The notes: generated by a model not told the origin, from the letters alone. A stretch of DNA of 64,000 nucleotides from SAR202 cluster bacterium (GCA_022447825.1 JAKUTY010000002.1:11963-75962); one strand, 5' to 3'. Counted from the stretch's first letter, positions 1 to 9,920 are shown. Program-made: numbers and translations.

Positions 1-762
1 GAATTACCAACTGATCATAACAATTTGGTATACAAAAGTTTCTCAAGATTATTTCAAGAAATTGACCAACCTGTCCCGGATTTAACTATTGAATGTGAAA
101 ATAATATTCCTGTTGCTCGTGGACTTGGCAGTAGTTCTGCCGCTTTAGTTGGCGGGTTGTATGTTGCAAATATTTTTGCAGGTAATCCATTAAAACAATC
201 TGATTTACTTGATTTAGCCGCAAAATTAGAAGGACACCCAGACAACGTAGCTCCTGCAATTTTAGGGGGGATTCAAATAGGAATTTATAATGATCAAAGC
301 TTAATTACTTCTTCAGTGAGTTTTCCATCAAATATTTCTTTAGTGCTTTTTATTCCTGATTCTAAAATGCCTACAGATAGTGCAAGAAATATTCTTGGAG
401 AGACAGTCAGTAGAAAAGATGCAGTATTTAATCTTGGTAGATTAGGGTTATTAGTAAATAGTTTTTCAAAAGGAGATTTAGGAGATTTAAAATATGCAAC
501 TCAAGATATGTTGCATCAACCTCAGAGACAGAAGTTGTTTTTCCCTATGAAAAATATAATTAAAGGTGCTTTAGACGCAGGTGCTTACGGCGCATTTTTG
601 TCTGGTGCAGGGTCTACAGTTATTGCAATTACTGATTCAAGAGAATATACGATTGGTTATGAAATGGCTGATGCGGCAATGAAATCTGGAATTGAAGGAA
701 ATATTTTTGTTTCATCTATTGTTAATCAAGGGGTTCAATTGATTGAGCAAGGCGAAGACTAA
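1..762 (+). CDS. thrB: homoserine kinase (5' end cut by window edge)
   Basis: Frame is open from base 1. GHMP-kinase motif PVARGLGSSSAA is present. The stop overlaps the ATG of the downstream aspartate kinase (TAATG). Confidence 0.85.
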   Translation, partial: ELPTDHNNLVYKSFSRLFQEIDQPVPDLTIECENNIPVARGLGSSSAALVGGLYVANIFAGNPLKQSDLLDLAAKLEGHPDNVAPAILGGIQIGIYNDQSLITSSVSFPSNISLVLFIPDSKMPTDSARNILGETVSRKDAVFNLGRLGLLVNSFSKGDLGDLKYATQDMLHQPQRQKLFFPMKNIIKGALDAGAYGAFLSGAGSTVIAITDSREYTIGYEMADAAMKSGIEGNIFVSSIVNQGVQLIEQGED

Positions 763-1991
763 TGTCATTAATTGTTCAAAAATATGGAGGATCCTCTTTA
801 GCGAATTCAGATTTAATTCGTAATGTAGCTAAGAGAATATCTAATGCATCTGAAGGTGATAATCAAGTTGTTGCTACAGTATCGGCCATGGGTGATTCGA
901 CTGATAATTTAATGGATATTGCTGCGCAGATAACCAATTCTCCAAACCCTAGAGAATTGGATGTATTACTTTCTACTGGAGAACTTCAATCTTGTGCTCT
1001 AGTTTGTATGGCTTTACAAGAATTAGGTAAAAATGCTGTCAGTTTAAGTGGCGGACAAGCTGGAATTATTACAGATTCAAGATTTGGCAATGCAAAGATT
1101 TCTAATTTAGCTACTAATAGAATAGAAATGGAACTAAACAAAGGGAATATTGTAGTAGTCGCAGGATTTCAGGGAATTACTGATGAATTGGATATCACAA
1201 CTTTAGGTCGGGGGGCATCAGATTTGACAGCTGTTGCTTTAGCGGCTGGATTGAAAGCAGAGAGATGCGAAATATACACTGATGTTGATGGTATTTTTAC
1301 AGCAGATCCTCGATTAGTACCAAGCGCCTATAAAATGGATGAAATTGGTATTGAGGAAATGTTAGAGATGGCAAATTATGGTGCAAAAATGAATCCAAGA
1401 TCTATCGAATTAGGTATGGTTTTTAATGTTCCCATTTTGGTTTCATCAAGTATGAATGAATCTTCAGGAACACTTATACATGAGGTAAATGATATGGATA
1501 TGAAGGTTGGAGAGATAAGAAATAGGGTTCGAGGAATAGCCACGGAGAAAGATGTAGCTAAAATTATAGTTTATTCGGTAGTGGATAGACCTGGTATTGC
1601 TTCAAGTTTGTTTGAACCGTTAGCTCAGGCTGATATTAGCGTTGATGTGATTGTTCAGAATTCTAGTGTAGAAGGTACAACAGACTTAACATTTACAGTT
1701 AAACAATCTCAGTTGAATAAAGCCGCTTTGGTTGTAAAAAAAGTTGCAGACGATTTAGGCAGCGGGCAAATTGGAATTGATGAAGACTTAGCTAAAGTAA
1801 GTGTAGTTGGAACTGGTATGCAAGATTCTCCAGGATATGCAGCAAAAATGTTTAAAACTTTGGCTTCTGCAGGTATAAATATTGAAATGATTACCACTTC
1901 AGAAATCCGAATTACTTGTATTGTAAAAGTTTCAGAATTAAGTAAAGCTGCATCTGCATTACATGATGCTTTTGAGATAGATTTTAATTAA
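762..1991 (+). CDS. lysC: aspartate kinase with C-terminal ACT repeats
   Basis: N-terminal IVQKYGGSSL kinase motif; two ACT-like repeats in the C-terminal third (VAKIIVYSV..., LAKVSVVGTGM...); 409 aa. Confidence 0.9.
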   Translation: MSLIVQKYGGSSLANSDLIRNVAKRISNASEGDNQVVATVSAMGDSTDNLMDIAAQITNSPNPRELDVLLSTGELQSCALVCMALQELGKNAVSLSGGQAGIITDSRFGNAKISNLATNRIEMELNKGNIVVVAGFQGITDELDITTLGRGASDLTAVALAAGLKAERCEIYTDVDGIFTADPRLVPSAYKMDEIGIEEMLEMANYGAKMNPRSIELGMVFNVPILVSSSMNESSGTLIHEVNDMDMKVGEIRNRVRGIATEKDVAKIIVYSVVDRPGIASSLFEPLAQADISVDVIVQNSSVEGTTDLTFTVKQSQLNKAALVVKKVADDLGSGQIGIDEDLAKVSVVGTGMQDSPGYAAKMFKTLASAGINIEMITTSEIRITCIVKVSELSKAASALHDAFEIDFN

Positions 1992-2006
1992 TTAAAGAAT
2001 TCAATA

Positions 2007-2729
2007 ATGAATGAAAGTTTTTTGTCTGTAGTAATTCCAACTTTTAATGAACAAAATAGAATTGTTCAAACTTTAGATCAACTTCTTTTTTATTTTTCAT
2101 CAAAAGATTATTCATGGGAGATTGTAGTCTCCGATGATGGGAGTACTGATTTAACTGTTAAATTGATAGAAGAGTGGGCTCAAAAATATTCTAATATTCA
2201 TATTGTATTGTTGCCACATAAAGGAAAAGGATGGGCAGTGAAAAATGGAATGTTGCAGTCATCAGGAAAATATCGATTGATGTTTGATGCTGACATGGCT
2301 ATGCATCCTAACGAAATCGATAAGTTTTTGGATCGTATTCAAAATGATTGTGATGTTGTAATTGGATCCAGAAACTTAAAAGGATCTTTTAAGAAAAATG
2401 AACCTTTCTTAAGAAAAGTGATGGGAAGGGTTTTTAATTTATTTGTTCAAACTTTTGCAGTCAATGGATATTTTGATACTCAATGCGGATATAAATGTTT
2501 TACATCAAAATCAGCAGAACAATTATTTGGAATGCAGAAAATTTGGGGTTGGGGATTTGATGTGGAAATTTTGATGTTGTGTAAAAAATATCAATTGAAT
2601 GTAAAAGAGATTCCCATTAATTGGGACCATCAATTGGATAGCAAGGTTAAGGTTTTAAATTCAACAATTTCTATTATTAAAGAAGTACTTCTAACTAGGT
2701 TCAGGATTTTAAGTAATAAATATAATTAA
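2007..2729 (+). CDS. family 2 glycosyltransferase (polyprenyl-phosphate glycosyltransferase-like)
   Basis: GT-A signatures VVIPTFNE, SDDGSTD and FDADM; 240 aa, the size of DPM1/GtrB-like enzymes. Confidence 0.75.
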   Translation: MNESFLSVVIPTFNEQNRIVQTLDQLLFYFSSKDYSWEIVVSDDGSTDLTVKLIEEWAQKYSNIHIVLLPHKGKGWAVKNGMLQSSGKYRLMFDADMAMHPNEIDKFLDRIQNDCDVVIGSRNLKGSFKKNEPFLRKVMGRVFNLFVQTFAVNGYFDTQCGYKCFTSKSAEQLFGMQKIWGWGFDVEILMLCKKYQLNVKEIPINWDHQLDSKVKVLNSTISIIKEVLLTRFRILSNKYN

Positions 2730-2807
2730 TAAAATCTGAATTTTTTGTGTAAAAAACCATTGATTCACTATCAATCAACTGTAAGAATGCCAACAATTTA
2801 ATATTAT

Positions 2808-3845
2808 TTGGAGATCAAGGTGGATATAAAAATCCTTTCTAATAAAATTAGTTTCAGAAATGCAAAAACTTTGGAGATTAAATCTTTGTTTAATTCCAAG
2901 TCTTTTGAAGATGCAGAGCAAATCGCGCTTGATATAATTCAAGAATTTCCTAATGATTTTCAAACTCATATGATCGTATCAAAAATTTATTTTGAACAAG
3001 ATAAAAGTTATGAAGCTCAGATGTATTTGCATAATGCATCTACATTAGAAAAATCTCTAAAAGAGCAAACACGTCAATCAATTGAATTTGCCATGCAATC
3101 TGATTGGGTAAACGCTATAGAGACTAACAAACTTATCATTGATTCTTTTCCATGGGAGCTTGAAGCATATAATCGGTTAGGGAAAGCTTTTTTGGAAAGA
3201 GGGAATAAAAAGGAATCATTGATTTCCTTTAAATGTGCTCTAGTGATTTCTCCTTCAAGTAAAATTGCTCAAAAAAATATAGAGAGACTTCAAAAAACTT
3301 CTAAACATAAAGCAACTATTGGTTCCCAGTCTAATAATTTAGGGCAAGCGTTTATTCAAGAGACTGGGAAAACTTGTGTTACTAAATTAGTAAATACTCC
3401 TGTTGGCTTTGATATATCCTCTTTAATTTCTGGACATCAAGTGCATTTAAAACAAAATGAAAGAGGCATATCAGTTACTGACCAGAATGATTCTAGGCTA
3501 GGAAATTTGGAGCCGAAATTAGGTTTGAGGTTAAGTCGGTTGATTTCTGGTGGGAATGAATATCAAGCTAATATTACACATGTTTCTGAGAATAATATCA
3601 ATTTGATTATTAGAGAAACTTTGAAGCACCCTTCACAATCCACAAAATCTTCATTCCCGGCAAAAATAGATATGATGAATGATATTTCTGGTCAAATGAT
3701 TCCTTATGAAATGAATGATGGAGGAAAATTAATGGATTTGAAGGATTGGAGTGATGATGATACTGAATCTGGAGATGATAATGTATTTACTCCTAGGATT
3801 CCTCAATTGATTGCGGACAAGTCACCCCTTGATGATGATTTCTAG
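2808..3845 (+). CDS. TPR-repeat protein with uncharacterised C-terminal domain and acidic tail
   Basis: TPR-like helical repeats in the N-terminal half (AYNRLGKAFLERGNKKESLISFKCALVISP). The more likely start is GTG 2820, 5 nt after GGAGA. The acidic tail ends in DDDF. Confidence 0.5.
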   Translation: MEIKVDIKILSNKISFRNAKTLEIKSLFNSKSFEDAEQIALDIIQEFPNDFQTHMIVSKIYFEQDKSYEAQMYLHNASTLEKSLKEQTRQSIEFAMQSDWVNAIETNKLIIDSFPWELEAYNRLGKAFLERGNKKESLISFKCALVISPSSKIAQKNIERLQKTSKHKATIGSQSNNLGQAFIQETGKTCVTKLVNTPVGFDISSLISGHQVHLKQNERGISVTDQNDSRLGNLEPKLGLRLSRLISGGNEYQANITHVSENNINLIIRETLKHPSQSTKSSFPAKIDMMNDISGQMIPYEMNDGGKLMDLKDWSDDDTESGDDNVFTPRIPQLIADKSPLDDDF

Positions 3846-4096
3846 TCTAAGTTAGATTCCAAGTCTTTAGTACGAAAATATATTCCCCATTTTTGCATTA
3901 AATTTTTTGACTCAGAATCATTTAATTTATTAAAATCTGAAAAGAAGCCGATTAGTGAGTGTATGTAAATAGAGTCGTCTTCCGCGACCCAATTCTGATC
4001 AGTTTTAACAAAATATAATTTACCACTAAGATGGTTTGTTTCAAGATCCAATGTATTCATGTTTTCGGTAATTGTTAAATCGAATTTTTTAGTCAT
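3842..4096 (-). CDS. hypothetical protein (84 aa)
   Basis: AAGGA Shine-Dalgarno 8 nt upstream of the ATG; no recognisable motif. Confidence 0.35.
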   Translation of the reverse strand: MTKKFDLTITENMNTLDLETNHLSGKLYFVKTDQNWVAEDDSIYIHSLIGFFSDFNKLNDSESKNLMQKWGIYFRTKDLESNLD

Positions 4097-4299
4097 ATTT
4101 TAATTCCTTTGCCCATACTCAATTTAATTCGCTAGGGATAATGTATGCAATTCTGTTTTAATGTGGACATTGCAGCTTAATTGTAAATCCTGTTGAATAT
4201 TTTTTGATGTTCAGTCCATCATTCATATTTTTGCCTTGTGTTATGTTTTTGTTTAATAGAGAATGGCGTTTTAATAAAATATTTTAGCATCTGCATAAT

Positions 4300-4941
4300 A
4301 TGAAACCTCATTTCAAAAGTTCCACTTTCTTATTCTATAAAATCAAATGTGGCCCATTTGATAATAATGCTTATGTTTTAGTATGCCGTGAAACCAATCA
4401 AAGCATATTAATTGATACTCCTGCTGATCCTAATGTATTCATTGCCATAGCTGAGTCTACGAAAGTGAATAGAATATTAATTACCCATAGTCACAGTGAT
4501 CATATTGCAGGTTTTGATGAGGTTATTAATACATTTAAAGTACCAGTAAATATTTCTAAATATGATTCTAATGCATTAAATTATGATTTATTAGATGATT
4601 TGAAAGACGATTCAAAAATTTCTTTTGGTAATTTAAACCTCCAGGTTTTGTTCACTCCTGGGCATACGGCTGGCTCAACTTGCTTTTATTTAGATGGACA
4701 TTTATTTTCAGGAGATACGCTTTTCCCTGGAGGTCCGGGTAAGACTCAATCTGAAGAAAAATTAAATCAGATAATTGATAGTATTACTGGAAAACTATTT
4801 GTTCTTCCCGCATCGACTATTTTTTATCCCGGTCACGGTGATGATGGGGAATTATCAGTTTCAATTTCAGAATATGAAATTTACAAAAGTAAAAATGTTC
4901 ATTCTCAAACATTTGGTGATATTTTTTGGTTAAAAAGTTAA
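4300..4941 (+). CDS. MBL-fold metallohydrolase (glyoxalase II-like)
   Basis: THSHSDH metal-binding motif, plus later GH and D/H ligand positions; 213 aa. Confidence 0.75.
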   Translation: MKPHFKSSTFLFYKIKCGPFDNNAYVLVCRETNQSILIDTPADPNVFIAIAESTKVNRILITHSHSDHIAGFDEVINTFKVPVNISKYDSNALNYDLLDDLKDDSKISFGNLNLQVLFTPGHTAGSTCFYLDGHLFSGDTLFPGGPGKTQSEEKLNQIIDSITGKLFVLPASTIFYPGHGDDGELSVSISEYEIYKSKNVHSQTFGDIFWLKS

Positions 4942-5591
4942 GTCAAGTTAATTTATTTTTACCAGTTGAGATTATTCTTACATTACTATTAACTTATACA
5001 TTGATTTTAATTTTGCGAAATGTACTTCTTACAGAATCAGATTTTATTTATCCAAGTAAATTTTACCCTTGGATTTTAGTTATACCCCAAATATTCATGT
5101 TGTTGTATTCAATAAAATTTTTAAATAATTTGCGCAAATTATTTAAAAATGTGAGATTAAAAAATTATTTGTTCGCGATTTTATTACTGTTAATTAATTT
5201 GAGTTTTTACTTATATTACGCAGAAATAGTGGTTTTTTTTAGTTTAGAAATCATGTATTTGCCAAATATTTCTAAATATATTTTAGGAGAAGGAATATTT
5301 ATATTCATTAACCTCTTTGCTATTTGTGTTTGGGTCCCCGTCATCGAAGAAATATTTTTTAGAGGAGTGATTCTTCGTAAATTAACTGAATCTCACGGAA
5401 ATTTTATTTCAATTATTTTATCTAGTTTTTTGTTTTGTGTTGTTCATGGAGACGTTGGGTTGTTGATACCAGTTTTTTTTAGTTCAATTTCAATTTCAAT
5501 ATTATTTGTGATTAGCAAATCTCTTTTTCCGTGTATCATGCTGCACTCTTTTCAAAATTTTTTTGTATGTATAGTTGCTACTTTTGCATAA
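4926..5591 (+). CDS. CPBP-family intramembrane protease (CAAX protease-like)
   Basis: Multi-TM protein with EEIFFRG, FCVVHG and MLHSFQN motifs. The exact start is uncertain because of a 16-nt overlap with the upstream gene. Confidence 0.7.
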   Translation: MVKKLSQVNLFLPVEIILTLLLTYTLILILRNVLLTESDFIYPSKFYPWILVIPQIFMLLYSIKFLNNLRKLFKNVRLKNYLFAILLLLINLSFYLYYAEIVVFFSLEIMYLPNISKYILGEGIFIFINLFAICVWVPVIEEIFFRGVILRKLTESHGNFISIILSSFLFCVVHGDVGLLIPVFFSSISISILFVISKSLFPCIMLHSFQNFFVCIVATFA

Positions 5592-5618
5592 ATTAAAGAC
5601 AATTAGGGTCAAGGTGGT

Positions 5619-6407
5619 ATGTTGAAAAATAGAATTAATATTCAATTTGAAAAATTGAAACAAAATAACAATTCAGCTCTTGTTCCTTATTTGACTGCAG
5701 GGTTCCCTGATCCAGAAACTTTTGTAAGTTTATCTTTGGAAATTTTGGATAATGGTGCCGATATGCTAGAAATTGGAGTCCCTTTTAGCGACCCTTTGGC
5801 CGATGGCCCTACTATTCAAAGGACGAACTTTCAAGCTATTCAAAATGGAATTACTCTTAATGGGTGTATAGATCTTTTGAGATTAATTAGAAACTCTAAC
5901 ACTGAATCTCCTGCTATATTTATGGGGTATTTCAATCCTTTTTTAGCATATGGAATAGATGAATTTTTAAAACAAAGCTCTAATGCGGGATTAGATGGTT
6001 TAATTGTTCCTGATTTACCCATATCGGAATCAAAGCAAATTTCTCAGAAGTGTTTTGATAATGGAATCCATTTAATTCCATTATTGGCTCCTACTAGCAC
6101 AGATGAAACCATTCAAAAAGCTTGTGAACAGGCAAAAGGATTTATTTATTGTGTTAGTTTAACTGGAGTGACGGGTGCTAGAAAAAACTTATCTTTAGGT
6201 GTTGAAACTTTAGTGAAAAAAATAAAATCTTATACTGATGTACCTGTTTTAGTGGGTTTTGGTGTTTCTAAGAGAGAAGATGTAATAAACATTTCTAAAT
6301 TTGCTGATGGTGCAGTGGTTGGTAGTGCATTTTTAGATTCAATTGAGAATGCTGATTATGAAAAAACTGAAGCCGGTGTTGATTTTGTAAAAAATCTGGC
6401 TAATTAA
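5619..6407 (+). CDS. trpA: tryptophan synthase alpha chain
   Basis: LVPYLTAGFPD, LEIGVPFSDPLADGPTIQ and GFGVS motifs typical of TrpA; 262 aa. Confidence 0.9.
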   Translation: MLKNRINIQFEKLKQNNNSALVPYLTAGFPDPETFVSLSLEILDNGADMLEIGVPFSDPLADGPTIQRTNFQAIQNGITLNGCIDLLRLIRNSNTESPAIFMGYFNPFLAYGIDEFLKQSSNAGLDGLIVPDLPISESKQISQKCFDNGIHLIPLLAPTSTDETIQKACEQAKGFIYCVSLTGVTGARKNLSLGVETLVKKIKSYTDVPVLVGFGVSKREDVINISKFADGAVVGSAFLDSIENADYEKTEAGVDFVKNLAN

Positions 6408-6425
6408 CATTAATGAGGTAAACAA

Positions 6426-6803
6426 ATGGGAAAAGTTATTGCTATTAGAGGTGCAACTACTGCGGAATCGAACACTAAGGACTCAATTGTGAAGGCAACT
6501 AGTGAGATGTTAGAAGAGTTGGTCAGTTCTAATGATTTAAATGTTGAAGATATTATTAGTGCTTTTTTTACTACTACTAGAGATTTGAATACCCAATTTC
6601 CTGCAGTTGCTGCCCGTAAAATAGGGTGGGAGTATGTTGCGTTAATGTGTTCTCATGAGATGTTTATAGATGATGCTCAACCAATGTGCATAAGGGTAAT
6701 GGTGCACGTAAATTCTGAAAAAGATGTTAAATCTATAAATAATGTTTATCTTAACGATGCAATTAATTTAAGAAAAAGAGGATTTGAAACAGACAAGAAT
6801 TAA
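6426..6803 (+). CDS. aroH: chorismate mutase, AroH class
   Basis: 125 aa with N-terminal IRGATT motif as in monofunctional AroH-type chorismate mutases. Confidence 0.8.
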   Translation: MGKVIAIRGATTAESNTKDSIVKATSEMLEELVSSNDLNVEDIISAFFTTTRDLNTQFPAVAARKIGWEYVALMCSHEMFIDDAQPMCIRVMVHVNSEKDVKSINNVYLNDAINLRKRGFETDKN

Positions 6804-7159
6804 GGTTGTTGGAATATTTGAACTATATTTCCATCTGGGTCTTTGAATGTTGCCACGATTCCTCCCCAATGTTCAGTTTCTGGCTCTCTTAAAATTTCCA
6901 CATTTTTAGCTTTCAATTTGTTTAAAGTTGAATAAATTTCATCTACATTGAAATTTATCATAAATCTATACGGGTCTTTGTTGAACTTATTTGTGATAAA
7001 GGAATGTTCTCCAATACTGAATTTAAAATCTTTCCATCTGAAAGATATAAATTTATCATTCACATAATGTGCTTCTAACCCTAGTAAATCTTCATAAAAT
7101 TTTTGTAGGTTAGAAATTTTTTCTGTCCATAAAATTATCCCTGAGAATTTAGCAAACAT
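6800..7159 (-). CDS. VOC/glyoxalase-bleomycin resistance family protein
   Basis: 119 aa. Has the family beta-alpha-beta pattern (FYEDLLGLE ... FKDPDGNIVQI). AGAGGAAAA SD precedes the ATG. Confidence 0.65.
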   Translation of the reverse strand: MFAKFSGIILWTEKISNLQKFYEDLLGLEAHYVNDKFISFRWKDFKFSIGEHSFITNKFNKDPYRFMINFNVDEIYSTLNKLKAKNVEILREPETEHWGGIVATFKDPDGNIVQIFQQP

Positions 7160-7344
7160 ATTTTCCTCTACAATGCATAAAAGTATTGCTGTAAATATTT
7201 TTATGAAAGTTTATAATGAAATTAGAGACAGTGATGTGAAGGGAAAGCTTAAAAATGGGTCTCAAAAAAGGAGGGTAGTAACATTGGATAGTAGTAGTAG
7301 GAGGCGTTTCAGGTAGGTGTTCCTTGGAATGCCTCCACATAACA

Positions 7345-7379
7345 AGGTCCTTATCTATTAGGTAAGGACCTATTTTTTT
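7345..7379 (+). terminator. intrinsic terminator-like hairpin with plus-strand U-tract
   Basis: AGGTCCTTA (7345-7353) / TAAGGACCT (7363-7371) form a 9-bp perfect stem with a 9-nt loop, followed by A + T7 (7373-7379). On the minus strand the trailing tract is only TGTTATG. Confidence 0.5.
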
Positions 7380-8328
7380 ATGATTCAAAAAACTTTTTGG
7401 GGTTATTGATTAAAATATCATCTATTTGTTCTTGAGTTATACCGGATTTTTTCAAATATGGAATTACGTTTCTGTGTATAAATAAATAATCATCAGGATT
7501 ATATTTGTTTCTACTAGATTCAGTTTCATTGGATGCTATGTTTAAAGTCACAGACCAATCGTGTCCTATCATAAGTTTTTTACCATAGCCATCAGAAATT
7601 AACTTTATTAGTGTTTCAGTTCTTTCTTCCCATTTTGGAGTTCCCATTTCTCTACCTCCTGGGTATCTGTCTAGTCCAACCCAAGCGCCTTTATCCATTA
7701 ATCCTTCGAGGTAAAAAATGTCAGTGGTATCGTTACTATGTCCTATATAAACTTTATTTAAGTTGACTTTTTCATCTTCAAAAATTCTAATTTGTTGTTC
7801 CCCAACTCGTTCTGGAGCCCATGTATGAGCAGAAATGGGAGTGTTTGTAGAAATTGATGCTCTAGCAGCAGCACGTAAAATTATTTCTCCTTCTCTGGAA
7901 ACTCCTCCTTTATCATTTGCGACCTTAATTATTCCAGCTTTAATATTTGTACCTTCAATTCCTTGAGTTATTTCTCGTTTGTACAAGCTGGCTACTGCAT
8001 CAGGGGTACTATTCCAAAAAGCTCTAGGTATATCTCTCCAAGTTCCTGTGGCACAAATGATATTGACTCCAGATTCTCTTGAAACAGTTTCTATTAATTT
8101 GATATCACGTCCTAAATCTAGTGTTGTGACGTCAACTATTGTATCTACTCCTTCTTTTTTTGCCTCTGATAGACGAGCAATTCCCTTGTTGATTGATTCA
8201 TCTCTTTTAATAAATTCCGGGTAAATTTGCGGGATTCCTCCAGAACTGACAATTACATGTTCATGAGACAGTGTTTGTCCTAATTTAGAGGTATCTATGG
8301 GTCCTAATACTGTCTGTATTGAAGTCAT
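7378..8328 (-). CDS. phosphotriesterase-related (PTE/Php family) amidohydrolase
   Basis: N-terminal TLSHEHV metal motif; 316-aa size and later H/D ligand pattern fit the PTE family. Confidence 0.8.
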   Translation of the reverse strand: MTSIQTVLGPIDTSKLGQTLSHEHVIVSSGGIPQIYPEFIKRDESINKGIARLSEAKKEGVDTIVDVTTLDLGRDIKLIETVSRESGVNIICATGTWRDIPRAFWNSTPDAVASLYKREITQGIEGTNIKAGIIKVANDKGGVSREGEIILRAAARASISTNTPISAHTWAPERVGEQQIRIFEDEKVNLNKVYIGHSNDTTDIFYLEGLMDKGAWVGLDRYPGGREMGTPKWEERTETLIKLISDGYGKKLMIGHDWSVTLNIASNETESSRNKYNPDDYLFIHRNVIPYLKKSGITQEQIDDILINNPKKFFES

Positions 8329-8339
8329 AAATCTCCTTA

Positions 8340-9140
8340 TTACTGAATTTTTCTCACATGGTTTTTTAAAGTTCCAATTCCTGATATGGTGATTTCACAT
8401 GTGTCTCCATCACTCATATTTTTACCCTCACCGTCAGTTCCCATCCAAATCATATCTCCAGGATATAAAGTGATATATTTTGTGATTTCATGTATGTATT
8501 TTTCAACGCCAAATATCATCTCATTGGTTTTGAATTCTATAGTTTTTTCACCATTTAGATGAACTGAAGTAATCATGTCATCTAGATTCGCTTCAGTTTC
8601 AATCCATGGGCCCATTGGTTTGAAAGTATCAGAATTTTTAGCTCTCCAAAGAGTTCTATCCAGTTTTTGCCAAGATCTTTCACTGACATCATTTCCAATT
8701 GTGTATCCAAATACGTATTGCAAAGAGTCGGATTCTTTTACTTGAAAAGCTTTTTTACCTATTACCACAACAAGTTCGGCTTCGTATTGTACTTTTTCCG
8801 TAGCATCTTTAGGAATTATAATAGTTTCATCATGGGCGATTAGCGCATTATTAGCCCTATAACCAATGTCAGCTTTTTCAGGGATATTTGGTTGCTCTCC
8901 GATTAATTCTGCCACCTTCCTAATATGTTCTTCGTAATTAGTGCCTGCGGCATAAAAAGTTTTGGGTTCAAATGGAGTGAGTAGTTTGATATCAGAAAAT
9001 GGCACAGTTTTCTTGTGTTCATACTCTTCAAATGGGTTTCCGTTTACTTCGGTTACAGATTGGTTTTGTAAATCCGCGATTCCGTAATAAATATTTTTTT
9101 CTCTGTAGTACCTAATCCACTTCATTTGTTTTCCTTGCAT
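8340..9140 (-). CDS. fumarylacetoacetate hydrolase (FAH) family protein
   Basis: FAH-fold motifs (YEAELVVVIGK, GYTIGNDVSER, PGDMIWMGT). The more likely start is ATG 9125 (MKWIRYY), preceded by AAGGA. Confidence 0.8.
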   Translation of the reverse strand: MQGKQMKWIRYYREKNIYYGIADLQNQSVTEVNGNPFEEYEHKKTVPFSDIKLLTPFEPKTFYAAGTNYEEHIRKVAELIGEQPNIPEKADIGYRANNALIAHDETIIIPKDATEKVQYEAELVVVIGKKAFQVKESDSLQYVFGYTIGNDVSERSWQKLDRTLWRAKNSDTFKPMGPWIETEANLDDMITSVHLNGEKTIEFKTNEMIFGVEKYIHEITKYITLYPGDMIWMGTDGEGKNMSDGDTCEITISGIGTLKNHVRKIQ

Positions 9141-9189
9141 GTTTGAATAGATGCGTATATTAGCATGGAAATTTATTTATTAAGAATTA

Positions 9190-9855
9190 TTACTCAGACC
9201 ATTCAAGAGCTTCAGAGACATTTGGGAATTGTTCTATAAAAATCGCTTTTATTTCTTGGGCTACATTCATATGCTCTTTTTGTGTTCCATGAGCAGATCT
9301 TAGATCAATATAATGAATCCATGATCGCACATTCCCTGTCATGTAAATTCGAGTTGGTGTTGCAAGAGGAAGGACAAATCTGGCACATTCTTTTGCTATA
9401 CCTTCTTGGATAAGTTCGTTATACAAATCCATAGCGTTAGCAAAATGTGTGGCAATTTTAGATTGAAGATTTTCCTTTTTTGTTGTTGGAATATCATCAA
9501 TACTATTTTGCCTATTTTTACTGTCTTGACTACGAAGATCAGGAACATCAATTTTAGTATCTAAAAGATTAGTATCAGCATATCTTTGACTAAACTCTTG
9601 GAATGTAAATGATCTGTGTCTTAAAATTTGTGCAGCTAAGCCTCTAGTAGTATTAATTTCTACTGTCATGAATGCCTGTTCAAATACAGACCAATGACCA
9701 TGTTTAATACAATATTTGAGTAATCCAGCAAATTTGTCATTATTTTGATTGTTAGGGTTACTCACTCTAGCAACATAAGCCATGTGCTGCTCAGCATCAG
9801 AGGTTGCGCTGACCAATTTGATTTTGGATTCTATTTCGTTGTCTGATGTCAACAT
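9190..9855 (-). CDS. thyX: flavin-dependent thymidylate synthase
   Basis: ThyX signature RHRSFTFQEFSQRY (RHRxxSxxxxS); 221 aa. Confidence 0.9.
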   Translation of the reverse strand: MLTSDNEIESKIKLVSATSDAEQHMAYVARVSNPNNQNNDKFAGLLKYCIKHGHWSVFEQAFMTVEINTTRGLAAQILRHRSFTFQEFSQRYADTNLLDTKIDVPDLRSQDSKNRQNSIDDIPTTKKENLQSKIATHFANAMDLYNELIQEGIAKECARFVLPLATPTRIYMTGNVRSWIHYIDLRSAHGTQKEHMNVAQEIKAIFIEQFPNVSEALEWSE

Positions 9856-9920
9856 TCCTACTTTATTTCTCCATTAAATTTGTAGTTAAAGTTTATATCA
9901 TTTGGGTTGAAAGAACAGAA

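Noticed and set aside
7149-7388. 79-aa minus-strand ORF that exactly fills the gap between the PTE-like and VOC genes.
   Set aside because: It has low-complexity, proline/threonine-run content and no SD. It overlaps both neighbours' ends and runs straight through two stable hairpins, including a terminator-like one. It is more likely non-coding spacer.
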